From an uncultured Acidobacteriota bacterium (lineage in GTDB: Bacteria > Acidobacteriota > UBA6911): DNA of 64,000 nucleotides. Location of the stretch: contig CAWEJX010000009.1 in the NCBI GenBank assembly GCA_963809485.1, forward strand, positions 32,001 through 96,000. The letters are read 5' to 3'. The position numbers were made by a program, and so were the translations under genes. Shown here in pieces: positions 30,975-39,777 of this stretch (the stretch's first letter is position 1; every line of letters starts with the position of its first letter). The notes under the pieces are model-generated. The model saw nothing but the letters and a program-made list of their open reading frames with translations. It searched no databases and was not told the DNA's origin.

Positions 30975-32235
30975 CGGCGCCCCCGTAAGCTTCATCCAGC
31001 AAAGTCACCGGGTGCACCACGCGCACGGGCAACCCGCGCCTTTTCAGTCCCGTATTGAGCTGCATCTGGCAGCCCGGGCATCCGGAAGCGAGGATGCGCG
31101 CCTCTGTTTGGGCGACGTTGTCGATTTTCCGGCCCAGGACCCTGGTGGATGTTTCGTAATGAGTGATAAGCTGGCTCCCTGCCGAGCCGCAGCACCAGTC
31201 CGCTTCCGGCAGTTCGACAAATTCCAGACCGTCGATCATCGACAGGAGCTTCCTCGGCTCTTTCCACACCTGCTGCCCGCGTCGAAGATGGCACGGATCA
31301 TGATAGGTGACCCTGGCCTCGATGCGACGGGGAGGCTTGCGCAGCGGGATCTGCGAAAGGAATTCGCTGATGTCCCGCACCTTCCGGCTAAAAGCTTCGG
31401 CACGAGCAGCCCATTCCGGATCCTCCTTCAGGAGCGAACCGTATTCCTTCAGCGTGGAACCGCAGGTTGCGCAATCGGTGACGACATAATCCACGTTGCA
31501 CCGCTCGAAGACCTCTATGTTGTGCCGAGCCTGGCTTTCTACGAGATCCATGCGTCCGTATCCCTTGGCAGGCATGCCGCAGCATTCGATCTCCCTGGGA
31601 GTGATCACGGTGCACCCGTTGCGGGCCAGCACGCGCAGCGTGGCGGCGCTTTGGTCCGCGAACAGGAGGCTTTGCGCGCAGCCGAGAAAAAAACCGACCC
31701 GGTAGCGAGTCTCGCCGAAGGCTTCCGTTTTTTCGGGAAGGATGCGCCGCAGCGGACGTTGAGGAATGCGCGGGAGCATCGCTTCGAGATCGCGGATGCG
31801 CGAGGGCAGGAGCCGGTTTAGTCCCAGCATATAGAAGAGACGACGGATCCCAAGTTTCTCGTATAGACGAAGCGGCAATGTGGCGGCCTCCATGCGTCCT
31901 GCATGCGAGATCAGGCCGCCGAACAGCCACTGTTTCCACTTCGCGGGGCGGATCTGCTCCTGTACGTGGCGCATTGACAGCGCAAGGTCCGCCGGGTGAA
32001 TCCCGACCGGGCAAAGATCGTTGCACGCCATGCAGGCAAAACAGCCGTACATCTGCTCAATGAGGTTCGGGCTGAGTTCCAGTTCACCTTCAAGGCCCTT
32101 GCGGGTGAGCGCCACGCGGCCGCGCGGCGATGCGGTTTCCTTCAGATACTCGCGATAGGTCGGGCAGACCGCCAGGCACAATCCGCATCGAATACAACTG
32201 TGATAAGAAGACTCCTCAGGCTTTTTCAGTTCCAA
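30964..32235 (-). CDS. glcF: Fe-S subunit, GlcF-like (4Fe-4S dicluster plus two CCG domains)
   Basis: CIRCGLCLAVCPTY, SPRGR, CFACMACNDLCP, CCG twice, YHDPCHL, CPGCQMQL. Confidence 0.9.
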   Translation of the reverse strand: MELKKPEESSYHSCIRCGLCLAVCPTYREYLKETASPRGRVALTRKGLEGELELSPNLIEQMYGCFACMACNDLCPVGIHPADLALSMRHVQEQIRPAKWKQWLFGGLISHAGRMEAATLPLRLYEKLGIRRLFYMLGLNRLLPSRIRDLEAMLPRIPQRPLRRILPEKTEAFGETRYRVGFFLGCAQSLLFADQSAATLRVLARNGCTVITPREIECCGMPAKGYGRMDLVESQARHNIEVFERCNVDYVVTDCATCGSTLKEYGSLLKEDPEWAARAEAFSRKVRDISEFLSQIPLRKPPRRIEARVTYHDPCHLRRGQQVWKEPRKLLSMIDGLEFVELPEADWCCGSAGSQLITHYETSTRVLGRKIDNVAQTEARILASGCPGCQMQLNTGLKRRGLPVRVVHPVTLLDEAYGGADGK

Positions 32236-32251
32236 AACCAAACTCCAATAA

Positions 32252-32290
32252 GTTTCACATAACGAAACTCTGTTTCGTACAGCAGAATAG
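32252..32290. promoter_or_regulatory. Putative IclR operator pair between glcF and ldh
   Basis: GTTTCACATAACGAAAC palindrome plus TTTCGTACAGCAGAATA, similar to 35973-36011. Confidence 0.55.
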
Positions 32291-32505
32291 CTTGTTTTGT
32301 CCGAGTTGTCAATCCGGGCAACTGCGAAAATAGTCTGCAATTGCTTGAATATTGCGATTTAATTGAAATAGAATAGGAATGCGTAAGGGCAATTTTTGAA
32401 ACTCATTTCCATAGGTTGGAACCGGCAAGAAATCAGTGCATTTAGAGTGCTTTTCGCGAAGCCATAAGAAGGTTCTGGAGAGTCTGACTGGAACGAAGGA
32501 GGAGT

Positions 32506-33588
32506 ATGAGCAGAGGCCTTGTCAAGTACGAAGAGCTGTTGTCCTACACCAAGAGGATCCTGAAAAAGCTGGGATATCCCGACAAGCAGGCGGACGTTAC
32601 TGCGTGGATTCTTGCGGAGGCGGATGCGCGCGGCGTTAATTCCCACGGAGTCGGGCGGCTGGAATTCTATGAGTCCAATATCAAGAGTGGCTTCAACTTC
32701 CCGGAGGTGGAACCTGAGATTGTCCACGAAACGCCTCTGTCTCTAGTCGTCGATGGACACAATGGCGTCGGCTCATATATCGCTCAATTCACCATGGAGC
32801 GTGTCGTCGAAAAAGCGAAGAAATCGGGAGCCGGTTTCGGTGCGGTCCGCAACTCCAACCATTTTGGAATGGCGGCGCTCTGGGCGGAAATGGCGCTGGC
32901 GGAAGGTTTCATAGGAATGTCTTTCTGCAACACGCGCATATGCTCCATTGTCACCTATGGGAAGGACCGCATTCTGGGCACGAATCCTTTGTGCTTCGCT
33001 TTCCCGTCCTCGGGCAAGGTCCCCTTTGTACTGGATATGGCAACGACCACGGTCGCCCATGGAAAGATCGAAGTCTATGAGCGCCTCAATAAAGCCATGC
33101 CGCTCGGCTGGGTGGTCGACGAGAACGGGATGGACACCACGGATGTGCATGCCTTCCAGAAAATTTATCGCGAGAAGAAAACCGGCGGGCATCTGTTCCT
33201 GGGCGGTGCCGGCGAAGAGCTCGGCGGGCACAAGGGCTACGGGCTCGGACTGTTCGTGGATATCCTGTGCGCCGGGATGTCGATGGGAGCCTGGAGCCGC
33301 GACACTTTCGTTAAAAACGGCGGCGCCAGAGTCGCGCACTTCTTCGGGGCCATGCGCACCGACCTTTTCGGGAAACCGTCGGAAATCGAGGCCCATGTCG
33401 AATCGATCCTGCAGGGAGTGCGTGAAAGCGCCAAAGCGGAAGACCACGACAGGATTTACATCCACGGGGAAAAAGAGATCGAGAGGCGGGCAAAGTCCAT
33501 GAAGGAAGGAGTCCTGCTGGACGACGGCGAATGGAAGATGCTCGACGAGTACGCCGAAAAGTTCGGCCTCGAAAAACTGTGTCCCTAG
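32506..33588 (+). CDS. Ldh_2 family oxidoreductase, second paralog
   Basis: RGVNSHG, RNSNHFG, LGTNPL, LDMATT, GHKGYGL. Confidence 0.93.
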   Translation: MSRGLVKYEELLSYTKRILKKLGYPDKQADVTAWILAEADARGVNSHGVGRLEFYESNIKSGFNFPEVEPEIVHETPLSLVVDGHNGVGSYIAQFTMERVVEKAKKSGAGFGAVRNSNHFGMAALWAEMALAEGFIGMSFCNTRICSIVTYGKDRILGTNPLCFAFPSSGKVPFVLDMATTTVAHGKIEVYERLNKAMPLGWVVDENGMDTTDVHAFQKIYREKKTGGHLFLGGAGEELGGHKGYGLGLFVDILCAGMSMGAWSRDTFVKNGGARVAHFFGAMRTDLFGKPSEIEAHVESILQGVRESAKAEDHDRIYIHGEKEIERRAKSMKEGVLLDDGEWKMLDEYAEKFGLEKLCP

Positions 33589-33614
33589 CGATACCGGGGT
33601 TTTGGGTTCTCAAG

Positions 33615-33652
33615 GGTTGAGCGTTGAACGTTCGAACGTTCAACGTTCAACC
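33615..33652. repeat. Palindromic heptamer array between convergent genes
   Basis: GGTTGAGCGTTGAACGTTCGAACGTTCAACGTTCAACC. Confidence 0.7.
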
Positions 33653-33655
33653 TGA

Positions 33656-34642
33656 TTATCCCCATCTCCGCGCATCCAGTATTGCCTTTACGATGCCGTC
33701 TTCGTGACGTTCGAACATCTCAAAAGCTTTTGCCGCTTCCCGGATGGGCAGCCGGTGAGTCACAAGCCTCGACAGCTCTTCCGCATTCTCCAGGAAAAGG
33801 TCGCGCGCTCTTTCAAGATAGACTTTCCAGTCCGGGGTGACGGTCGCCATGAGCTGTGCGTTTTTGCGGAAAAAGACCTCATATTCCAGGGCATACACAT
33901 CCTGGTCGGGGACTCCAAAAGCGACTACGGTTCCGTATTTTCCCACCAGCATGAGGCAGTCGTTGACCGTCTCCATTTGATGCCCTGCAGCCTCGATGCA
34001 GATGTCCGGGAAGATCCACTGGTCCGGATTCAGCCGCGCCTCGTGGACCATTTCAATTCCGCGCCTGCAGAGCGTCCGCGCCGCGCCCAGGGATTCGGCC
34101 ATACGGCAGCGTCCCGGCACAGGATCGATGCCGACTACGGGGCTGGCGCCCGCCCGCCTCAGCAGCCAGCAGAACAGCAATCCTATGGAACCCAATCCGA
34201 GCACCGCAACCGGTCTTGCCCGCAGGTCCCCCAGACGGTCCACGGCGTTCATGACGGTCGAGAGCGGCTGCATGATGCAGGCCGCGCCCGGATCCCCGAT
34301 ATCGGCGCCGAGTGCCGTAGTCCTGGAGATGCGGGCGAGGAAATATTCCGCGAGTCCCTGGTCTCCGTCCGGTATGGCAAGAACCCTGTCTCCGGCTTGA
34401 AAAAGGTCCGAAGCGCTTTCCACCACTTCGCCGACGCATTCATGGATCGGGGCTCCGGGAGCCAGAGGATAGGATTTGAGGCGTTTGCTGCCGGTGAAAA
34501 ACGGGATATCGCTGCCGCACATCGATACAAAGGCAGTCCGCACCAGGATGCAGTCGTGCGCGCCGGACGGCAGCTTGGGGATGGGGACTTCTATCAAATC
34601 AAACGACCGGGGATGCGTGACCTGCAAAGCTTTCATGCGCAT
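33656..34642 (-). CDS. Zinc-binding (MDR) dehydrogenase without the structural Zn loop
   Basis: CGSD, HECVG, GLGSIG, LVTHR. Confidence 0.88.
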   Translation of the reverse strand: MRMKALQVTHPRSFDLIEVPIPKLPSGAHDCILVRTAFVSMCGSDIPFFTGSKRLKSYPLAPGAPIHECVGEVVESASDLFQAGDRVLAIPDGDQGLAEYFLARISRTTALGADIGDPGAACIMQPLSTVMNAVDRLGDLRARPVAVLGLGSIGLLFCWLLRRAGASPVVGIDPVPGRCRMAESLGAARTLCRRGIEMVHEARLNPDQWIFPDICIEAAGHQMETVNDCLMLVGKYGTVVAFGVPDQDVYALEYEVFFRKNAQLMATVTPDWKVYLERARDLFLENAEELSRLVTHRLPIREAAKAFEMFERHEDGIVKAILDARRWG

Positions 34643-34644
34643 GG

Positions 34645-35934
34645 CTATTTCCCCTGGACGACAGGCAGAGTCAAAAGCGCGTGCGGCACGATGAGAACAT
34701 CACAGGACGCTCCCACTTTTGCAGCCGCCATCCGGACAGCTTCGTCCATGGTCGCGGCAGGAGTCATTTTGCATGCGGCGACGATCTCGGGGCAATCGCT
34801 TCCCACGATAATTACGTGGGACTTTTCCAGGACTTTCGCCATCACGAATGCCCGCTGCTGCCCCGGCGGGAATCCGTTCCGGCGCCCGTCATCCAGGATG
34901 AAGGGAATGTCCGGAGCATCCCGCATCGCCGACAGGAAACGCTGTTCGCCCACGCCGCTGCCCGCTCCCTCTTCACAACGGGCCGGAATAATAAAAAAGC
35001 CGCCGGGCCGCACGACGCACGTCGGGGCGAAAAAAAGATAGGAAGGCGCGCGGCTTGCCTGGTACAGGTTGCAGTCCTTGGGAAATCCCACTCCGCCGAT
35101 TGCAATATCGTATTGATGGGGGATCGGAACTTCATACACCGAGCGCGCAAATGCGACCAGGTCCTGGAATGCCTCCTCGGGATGCCCCGCCGTCACGCGC
35201 AGCAGGCGCTTATCCTCATCAAGGACCACATTGAGGATAAAACGGAGGCCCTCGCGCCGCGCCGCTTCCGTGACGGCCTCGTGAAATGGATTCCCCTCGA
35301 TCTGTCCCAGACGCGTGCCCGGGTGATCCACGAAAGCAGGGCCGTGAGTGTGGGCAATCAGCGCTTCGCCCGCGGCTCCGACCGCCAGGGTCTTCCGTCC
35401 CCCCGAATAGCCGCCGTACTGATGGGGCTCGACGATGCCGGTGGCAATGACCAGGTCGGATTCGACAACTGCCCTGTGCGCAGAAACGGGAACACCGCCC
35501 TCGGTGATCCCGAGGTCGACAAGAGCGGCCGTGTTCTGGGGCTCATTGTCGATGACCCGGAAGCGGGCCACGATATCAGCACCAAGCTTTGCGACCTTCT
35601 CTTCATGGGTTGAAGGCCGGTGCATGCCGATGCCGCACAACAGGGTGATATCTTCGTCGCGCACGCCGGCCTGCTCCAACTCCGACAGCAGGGGAGGCAC
35701 GAGCAGCTGGTCCGGGCAGGAGCGCGTGATGTCCGTAAAAACGATACAGGCGCGCATGCCCGGACGCGCCATCTCGCTGAGAGGCGGCGTACCGAGCGGA
35801 TGAGCCAGGGCAGCCGCCACCGCTGCCTTTTCATCCCCAACAGGGCGGAATGGCTTCGAAACCGCCTGAGTAACTCTCATCGCAGGCGGGAGGGAGAATT
35901 GAATTGTCCCTTTACCATAAGGCACTGTGTACAT
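34645..35934 (-). CDS. larA: LarA-family nickel-pincer racemase/epimerase
   Basis: DITR, GIGMHR, EPHQYGGYSGGRK, THG, GNPFH, NLYQ, CEEGAG. Confidence 0.88.
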   Translation of the reverse strand: MYTVPYGKGTIQFSLPPAMRVTQAVSKPFRPVGDEKAAVAAALAHPLGTPPLSEMARPGMRACIVFTDITRSCPDQLLVPPLLSELEQAGVRDEDITLLCGIGMHRPSTHEEKVAKLGADIVARFRVIDNEPQNTAALVDLGITEGGVPVSAHRAVVESDLVIATGIVEPHQYGGYSGGRKTLAVGAAGEALIAHTHGPAFVDHPGTRLGQIEGNPFHEAVTEAARREGLRFILNVVLDEDKRLLRVTAGHPEEAFQDLVAFARSVYEVPIPHQYDIAIGGVGFPKDCNLYQASRAPSYLFFAPTCVVRPGGFFIIPARCEEGAGSGVGEQRFLSAMRDAPDIPFILDDGRRNGFPPGQQRAFVMAKVLEKSHVIIVGSDCPEIVAACKMTPAATMDEAVRMAAAKVGASCDVLIVPHALLTLPVVQGK

Positions 35935-35972
35935 TTAAAGCTCCTTTTATTTATGAGCGGCAGTCGGTCACA

Positions 35973-36011
35973 GTTCCATGATACGAAATCTGATTCCGCA
36001 CAGCAGAATAG
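35973..36011. promoter_or_regulatory. Putative IclR operator pair upstream of larA
   Basis: GTTCCATGATACGAAAT plus ATTCCGCACAGCAGAATA. Confidence 0.55.
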
Positions 36012-36142
36012 ATCCCATTTTCACGCTTGTCAAGCCTCTCTCCGCCAATCCAATCATGCCTTAAAATTCTTGGATTCACAACACTTCGGCCGCCGCAAAA
36101 CTGCAACCGGATGCTTCTAATTATTCCGATCTACGAAAATCA

Positions 36143-36196
36143 TTGACATAGAGTGGAATCTGAATTACTATGAAACACGATTCCGCATAATGGAAC
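36143..36196 (+). promoter_or_regulatory. Sigma70 promoter with adjacent operator palindrome
   Basis: TTGACA(36143)-N17-TACTAT(36166); TTCCGCATAATGGAA at 36181-36195. Confidence 0.7.
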
Positions 36197-36213
36197 AAAT
36201 TGGAGGGTTTCTG

Positions 36214-36576
36214 ATGAGCAAAGTGCCATTTGTCAGGGCAGCCGATGTGGAAGGCGAGTTTCGGACTCCGCCTCGGACATCAAAACTTTTGCTGGCTCCC
36301 AAGTTCGGTGGAGTCACCAACGTCTCAATGGGCATGAACATCACTGAGGTCGGAAGCATGATCCCCGACCATGCCCACGACAAATCCGAAGAGGTTTTGT
36401 TTTTAATCAGCGGGCGTGCGCGGATTGTTATTGAGGGAGAGGGCTCATGGGAAATCGGCCCGGAGACCGCCTTCTACTCGCCGCTCGGAAAGAAACACAG
36501 GGTGGAAAACATCGGCGATGAACCGCTCAGGATCGTCTGGTGTTACTGCCCACCGTTGCCGTCTCATTGCAGCTAA
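36214..36576 (+). CDS. Cupin_2 domain protein
   Basis: PDHAH..SEEVLFLISG..KHRVENIGDEPL. Confidence 0.88.
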   Translation: MSKVPFVRAADVEGEFRTPPRTSKLLLAPKFGGVTNVSMGMNITEVGSMIPDHAHDKSEEVLFLISGRARIVIEGEGSWEIGPETAFYSPLGKKHRVENIGDEPLRIVWCYCPPLPSHCS

Positions 36577-36606
36577 TTTCTGTAATTTTCCAAGGAGATG
36601 TTTGCC

Positions 36607-37524
36607 ATGATTTTTGATGCAACACGCAAGGCCATGAAAAGGCTTGGGCTCCCGGAAGGCGACGCCTTCGACATGCCCACTTCAACCAAAAGATTCCCCG
36701 ACGGTGCAGCCTTCCGCATTGAATGCCCGACGGTCAATTCTGCGGAAACCGTTGCCGCCCTTCTGGACACCGCCACGAAGACCGGAGTCACCATCAACCG
36801 CATCACCGAAACCTTCGGCATGTTCCGCCACACAGCCGCCGAGATCAAGCAGTACTGCAAACTATGCAATGAGTATGGCTGCGAGCTTCTGCTCTCTACC
36901 GGTCCGCGCGCTACCTATGATACCGGCGCAACGGTTCTGTCTCCCCAGGGCGTAAGAGTCAGCTATCGTCTTCGCGGCATGGAACAACTCCTGCGCGCCA
37001 TCGAAGACATCAAGCGCGGATATGAGCTCGGTTGCCGTGGTTTCCTGATCTATGACGAAGGCATGCTATGGGTGTGCAACGAGATGCGCAAGAATGGCGA
37101 CCTCCCGAAAGAGATCGTTTTCAAGGTCTCCGCTCATCTAGGCCACTGCAACCCCGCTTCCATCAAGCTCCTGGCCGACCTCGGCGCCGACAGCATCAAC
37201 CCGATCCGCGATCTGCAGATCCCGATGCATGCAGCCCTGCGCCAGACGATCGACACGCCACTGGATGTCCACACCGACAATCCTCCGGGATCCGGCGGAT
37301 TCATCCGCGTGTACGAAGCTCCCGAGATCGTTCGTGTGGCAGCTCCTGTGCACTGCAAGACCGGCAACTCCGTCATCGGCGGCCATGGCGAAATGACCAC
37401 TGCTGCCGAGGGAAAGAGAATGGCGGAACAGGCAACCATCGTTGTCGAAATGATCAACAGATTCGCTCCGGAATTGAAGCAGTCCGGCAAGCGTACCAAA
37501 GACATGCGTATCCCTGTTGTCTAA
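36607..37524 (+). CDS. Uncharacterised TIM-barrel protein (peptidase U32-like clan)
   Basis: RFPDGAAFRIE, GCRGFLIYDEG, FKVSA, GADSINP, PLDVH; RBS AAGGAG. Confidence 0.7.
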   Translation: MIFDATRKAMKRLGLPEGDAFDMPTSTKRFPDGAAFRIECPTVNSAETVAALLDTATKTGVTINRITETFGMFRHTAAEIKQYCKLCNEYGCELLLSTGPRATYDTGATVLSPQGVRVSYRLRGMEQLLRAIEDIKRGYELGCRGFLIYDEGMLWVCNEMRKNGDLPKEIVFKVSAHLGHCNPASIKLLADLGADSINPIRDLQIPMHAALRQTIDTPLDVHTDNPPGSGGFIRVYEAPEIVRVAAPVHCKTGNSVIGGHGEMTTAAEGKRMAEQATIVVEMINRFAPELKQSGKRTKDMRIPVV

Positions 37525-37573
37525 ATCCGAAATTTCTTCCGCGGGCAAAATTCCCCGCAGTTGAGGAGGAATC

Positions 37574-38536
37574 ATGGGAAATTGGGAACTGCCGCCGAAG
37601 GGTGGACTCATGGAGACCCCCGGCGTGTATCTCCAGACCATGAACATGACGCAAATCAATGAGCGGCTCAAGAAAAACGACCTGATCCTTATCCCGGTCG
37701 GAAGCACGGAGTGTCACGGGGCCGCTCAGCCTCTGGGCGAGGACACCTTTCTTGTAACACGCATGGCCGAACAGGTCGCGCAAAAGATGGGGTGCACGAT
37801 TGCCATGCCGGTTTGGTACGGTTCGCATCCGTATAACCATCTGGGCATGCCGGGAACAGTCGTGGTCCCGGAAGAGACATTTCTGGCCAATCTGCGAGCC
37901 ATCATTGCTGGCTTGTGGAATATGGGCTTCCGCAAGCAGATTTTCCTGAACGGCCATGGCCAGGAAGAAGTCATCCCCCTCGCGCTTCACCAGTGGGCAA
38001 AGAAGTACCAGGTGCCGTGCATGCTGATTTCGCTGCACTGGCCGACAGTGATTCACGACTATCTCAAGGACAAGGCTCACGGAGGCATATTCGATACGCG
38101 GTTCCAGCATGCGGACGAAGCGGAAGCCTCCTATTCTCTGGCGCTTTTCCCCGAATTCTGTGACATGAAGCTGGCTGTGGACAACAAGCCGGAGGGTTTC
38201 CTCCCTCCGGGTCACGTGGACGGGGGGGGAGAGGTGTATCATTCCCCGATCAAAGGGCATGAACATGTTGGATTGAGCGGCACAGAGGTCCTGGTCTATC
38301 CCGAAGGCGTGATCGGGAGTCCGACGCGCGCCAGCGCGGAAAAGGCTGTGAAGGGCCTGGACGTGCTGCTTGATTATATGTGCAAGCTGATCGACGACAT
38401 CATGACGCGCTTCCCTGCCGGGCAGCTTCCGCCGGCTTCGAAGACAACCATGCGCGATCCCGCAGAGATCGAAGCGCTGCTGAAGGGCCCCTTGAAGGGC
38501 GGCAAGCATCTGTACACGATCGCATACCCACCCTAA
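37574..38536 (+). CDS. iolN: Creatininase family, 3-dehydro-scyllo-inosose hydrolase-like
   Basis: GVYLQTM, PVGSTECHG, GEDTFLVTRMAEQVA, GFRKQIFLNGHGQE, HADEAE, YPEGVIG; recalled similarity to Thermotoga IolN. Confidence 0.8.
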   Translation: MGNWELPPKGGLMETPGVYLQTMNMTQINERLKKNDLILIPVGSTECHGAAQPLGEDTFLVTRMAEQVAQKMGCTIAMPVWYGSHPYNHLGMPGTVVVPEETFLANLRAIIAGLWNMGFRKQIFLNGHGQEEVIPLALHQWAKKYQVPCMLISLHWPTVIHDYLKDKAHGGIFDTRFQHADEAEASYSLALFPEFCDMKLAVDNKPEGFLPPGHVDGGGEVYHSPIKGHEHVGLSGTEVLVYPEGVIGSPTRASAEKAVKGLDVLLDYMCKLIDDIMTRFPAGQLPPASKTTMRDPAEIEALLKGPLKGGKHLYTIAYPP

Positions 38537-38560
38537 AAGTCCTTAATTGTCAAACCCAGC

Positions 38561-38601
38561 AGGGGGGAGCCGTTTCCATGCGATCGGCGCCCCCCCTTTT
38601 T
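38561..38601 (+). terminator. Intrinsic terminator after iolN
   Basis: AGGGGGGAGCCG..CGGCGCCCCCCCTTTT. Confidence 0.6.
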
Positions 38602-38661
38602 AAAAGCGGGATTCGTCAGGACGGCTGTAATTTAGCCATCCACCCTAAGGGAGGATCTGCA

Positions 38662-39447
38662 TTGTCTCAATCCGTACGCGCCGTCGAGAGGGCACTGGAT
38701 ATCCTGCTGTGTTTCACCCATGAAGAGCCCACCCGCTCACTGACGCAGATCGCCGAATCCATCCACATGTCCAAGACGACGGTACACCGTCTGCTGGCGA
38801 CGCTTGAAAACAAGCGTTTCATCACCCGGGACAAAGCCACAGGCCTCTACCGCCTCGGTTTCCGCTTCATCGAAATGGCATCGCTCGTCCTGCAGGACGT
38901 CGATCTTCACCGCTGGGCCAAACCTTACCTGCAGCGTCTTTCGGCGGAGTATGGCGAGACGGTCGACCTGTCGATCCTGGACGGGGCCCATGTCATCTAT
39001 CTCGATGTCATCGAAAGTCCGCAGCGCGTCAAGCTGGCGGCTGCAGTCGGACAGAGGCTGCCTGCGCTCTACACAGCCTCGGGCAAGGCCCTGCTGGCAT
39101 ATCTGCCGGAAGATCTGGCCAAAAAGATAATCGCCGAGAATCTGTCGGAAGCCTCCAAAAACACCCCGATTTCGGAAATATTGGCTGATCTGCGCACAAC
39201 CGCCGAACGGGGCTATTCGATAGCGGAACAGGAATATGAGGACGCCATCAACGCCGTAGCCGCGCCCATTTTTGGAGAGGAGAGACAGCCGCTCGCCTCG
39301 ATCGCCATCGTCGGTCCGTCGTTCCGGCTCACCCGGGACCGTCTCCCGGCGATGGGAGAATCGCTCCGACAGATGACCCAGACGATCTCCAGCGAAATCG
39401 GGCTCGTGGCCCTATCCGCAATCGTCAGCAAAACACATACCCGCTAA
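38662..39447 (+). CDS. IclR family transcriptional regulator
   Basis: VRAVERALDIL, SKTTVHRLLATL, GETVDL, TASGKALLA, AVAAPIF. Confidence 0.95.
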   Translation: MSQSVRAVERALDILLCFTHEEPTRSLTQIAESIHMSKTTVHRLLATLENKRFITRDKATGLYRLGFRFIEMASLVLQDVDLHRWAKPYLQRLSAEYGETVDLSILDGAHVIYLDVIESPQRVKLAAAVGQRLPALYTASGKALLAYLPEDLAKKIIAENLSEASKNTPISEILADLRTTAERGYSIAEQEYEDAINAVAAPIFGEERQPLASIAIVGPSFRLTRDRLPAMGESLRQMTQTISSEIGLVALSAIVSKTHTR

Positions 39448-39479
39448 GGGACAGTTCCCGGACTTCCCGGAAAAAAAAT

Positions 39480-39519
39480 GCCACGGATACACCGGTTCAG
39501 GAACCGGTGTATCCGTGGC
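39480..39519. terminator. Perfect hairpin, probable bidirectional terminator
   Basis: GCCACGGATACACCGGTTC-AG-GAACCGGTGTATCCGTGGC, with an A-tract on the left and T-rich sequence on the right, between convergent genes. Confidence 0.75.
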
Positions 39520-39544
39520 GTCTTTATTTTGATGCCATACGAAA

Positions 39545-39769
39545 TTAGCCGCCGGAAACGTAGGGGAAAAAGCATAGCCTGGAGTCAACCTGCACGGGAT
39601 CATCCAGTTCGCTTTGCACGTTGTCCACGGTGACCAGGCCAATTTCCTCAGGGTCCAGCCCAAGAGCGTTCGCGATATCGCGGACTGCGGCTCTGCCTTG
39701 TATTTCGAAGGTCAGCCTCCGGGGCTTGCCCGGAAGCAGCTGGCCGAAAATTTCGATATCGACTGCCAA
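39545..39769 (-). CDS. MoaD/ThiS family protein
   Basis: C-terminal VSGG, downstream of the second AOR. Confidence 0.85.
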   Translation of the reverse strand: MAVDIEIFGQLLPGKPRRLTFEIQGRAAVRDIANALGLDPEEIGLVTVDNVQSELDDPVQVDSRLCFFPYVSGG

Positions 39770-39777
39770 GGGTGCTC

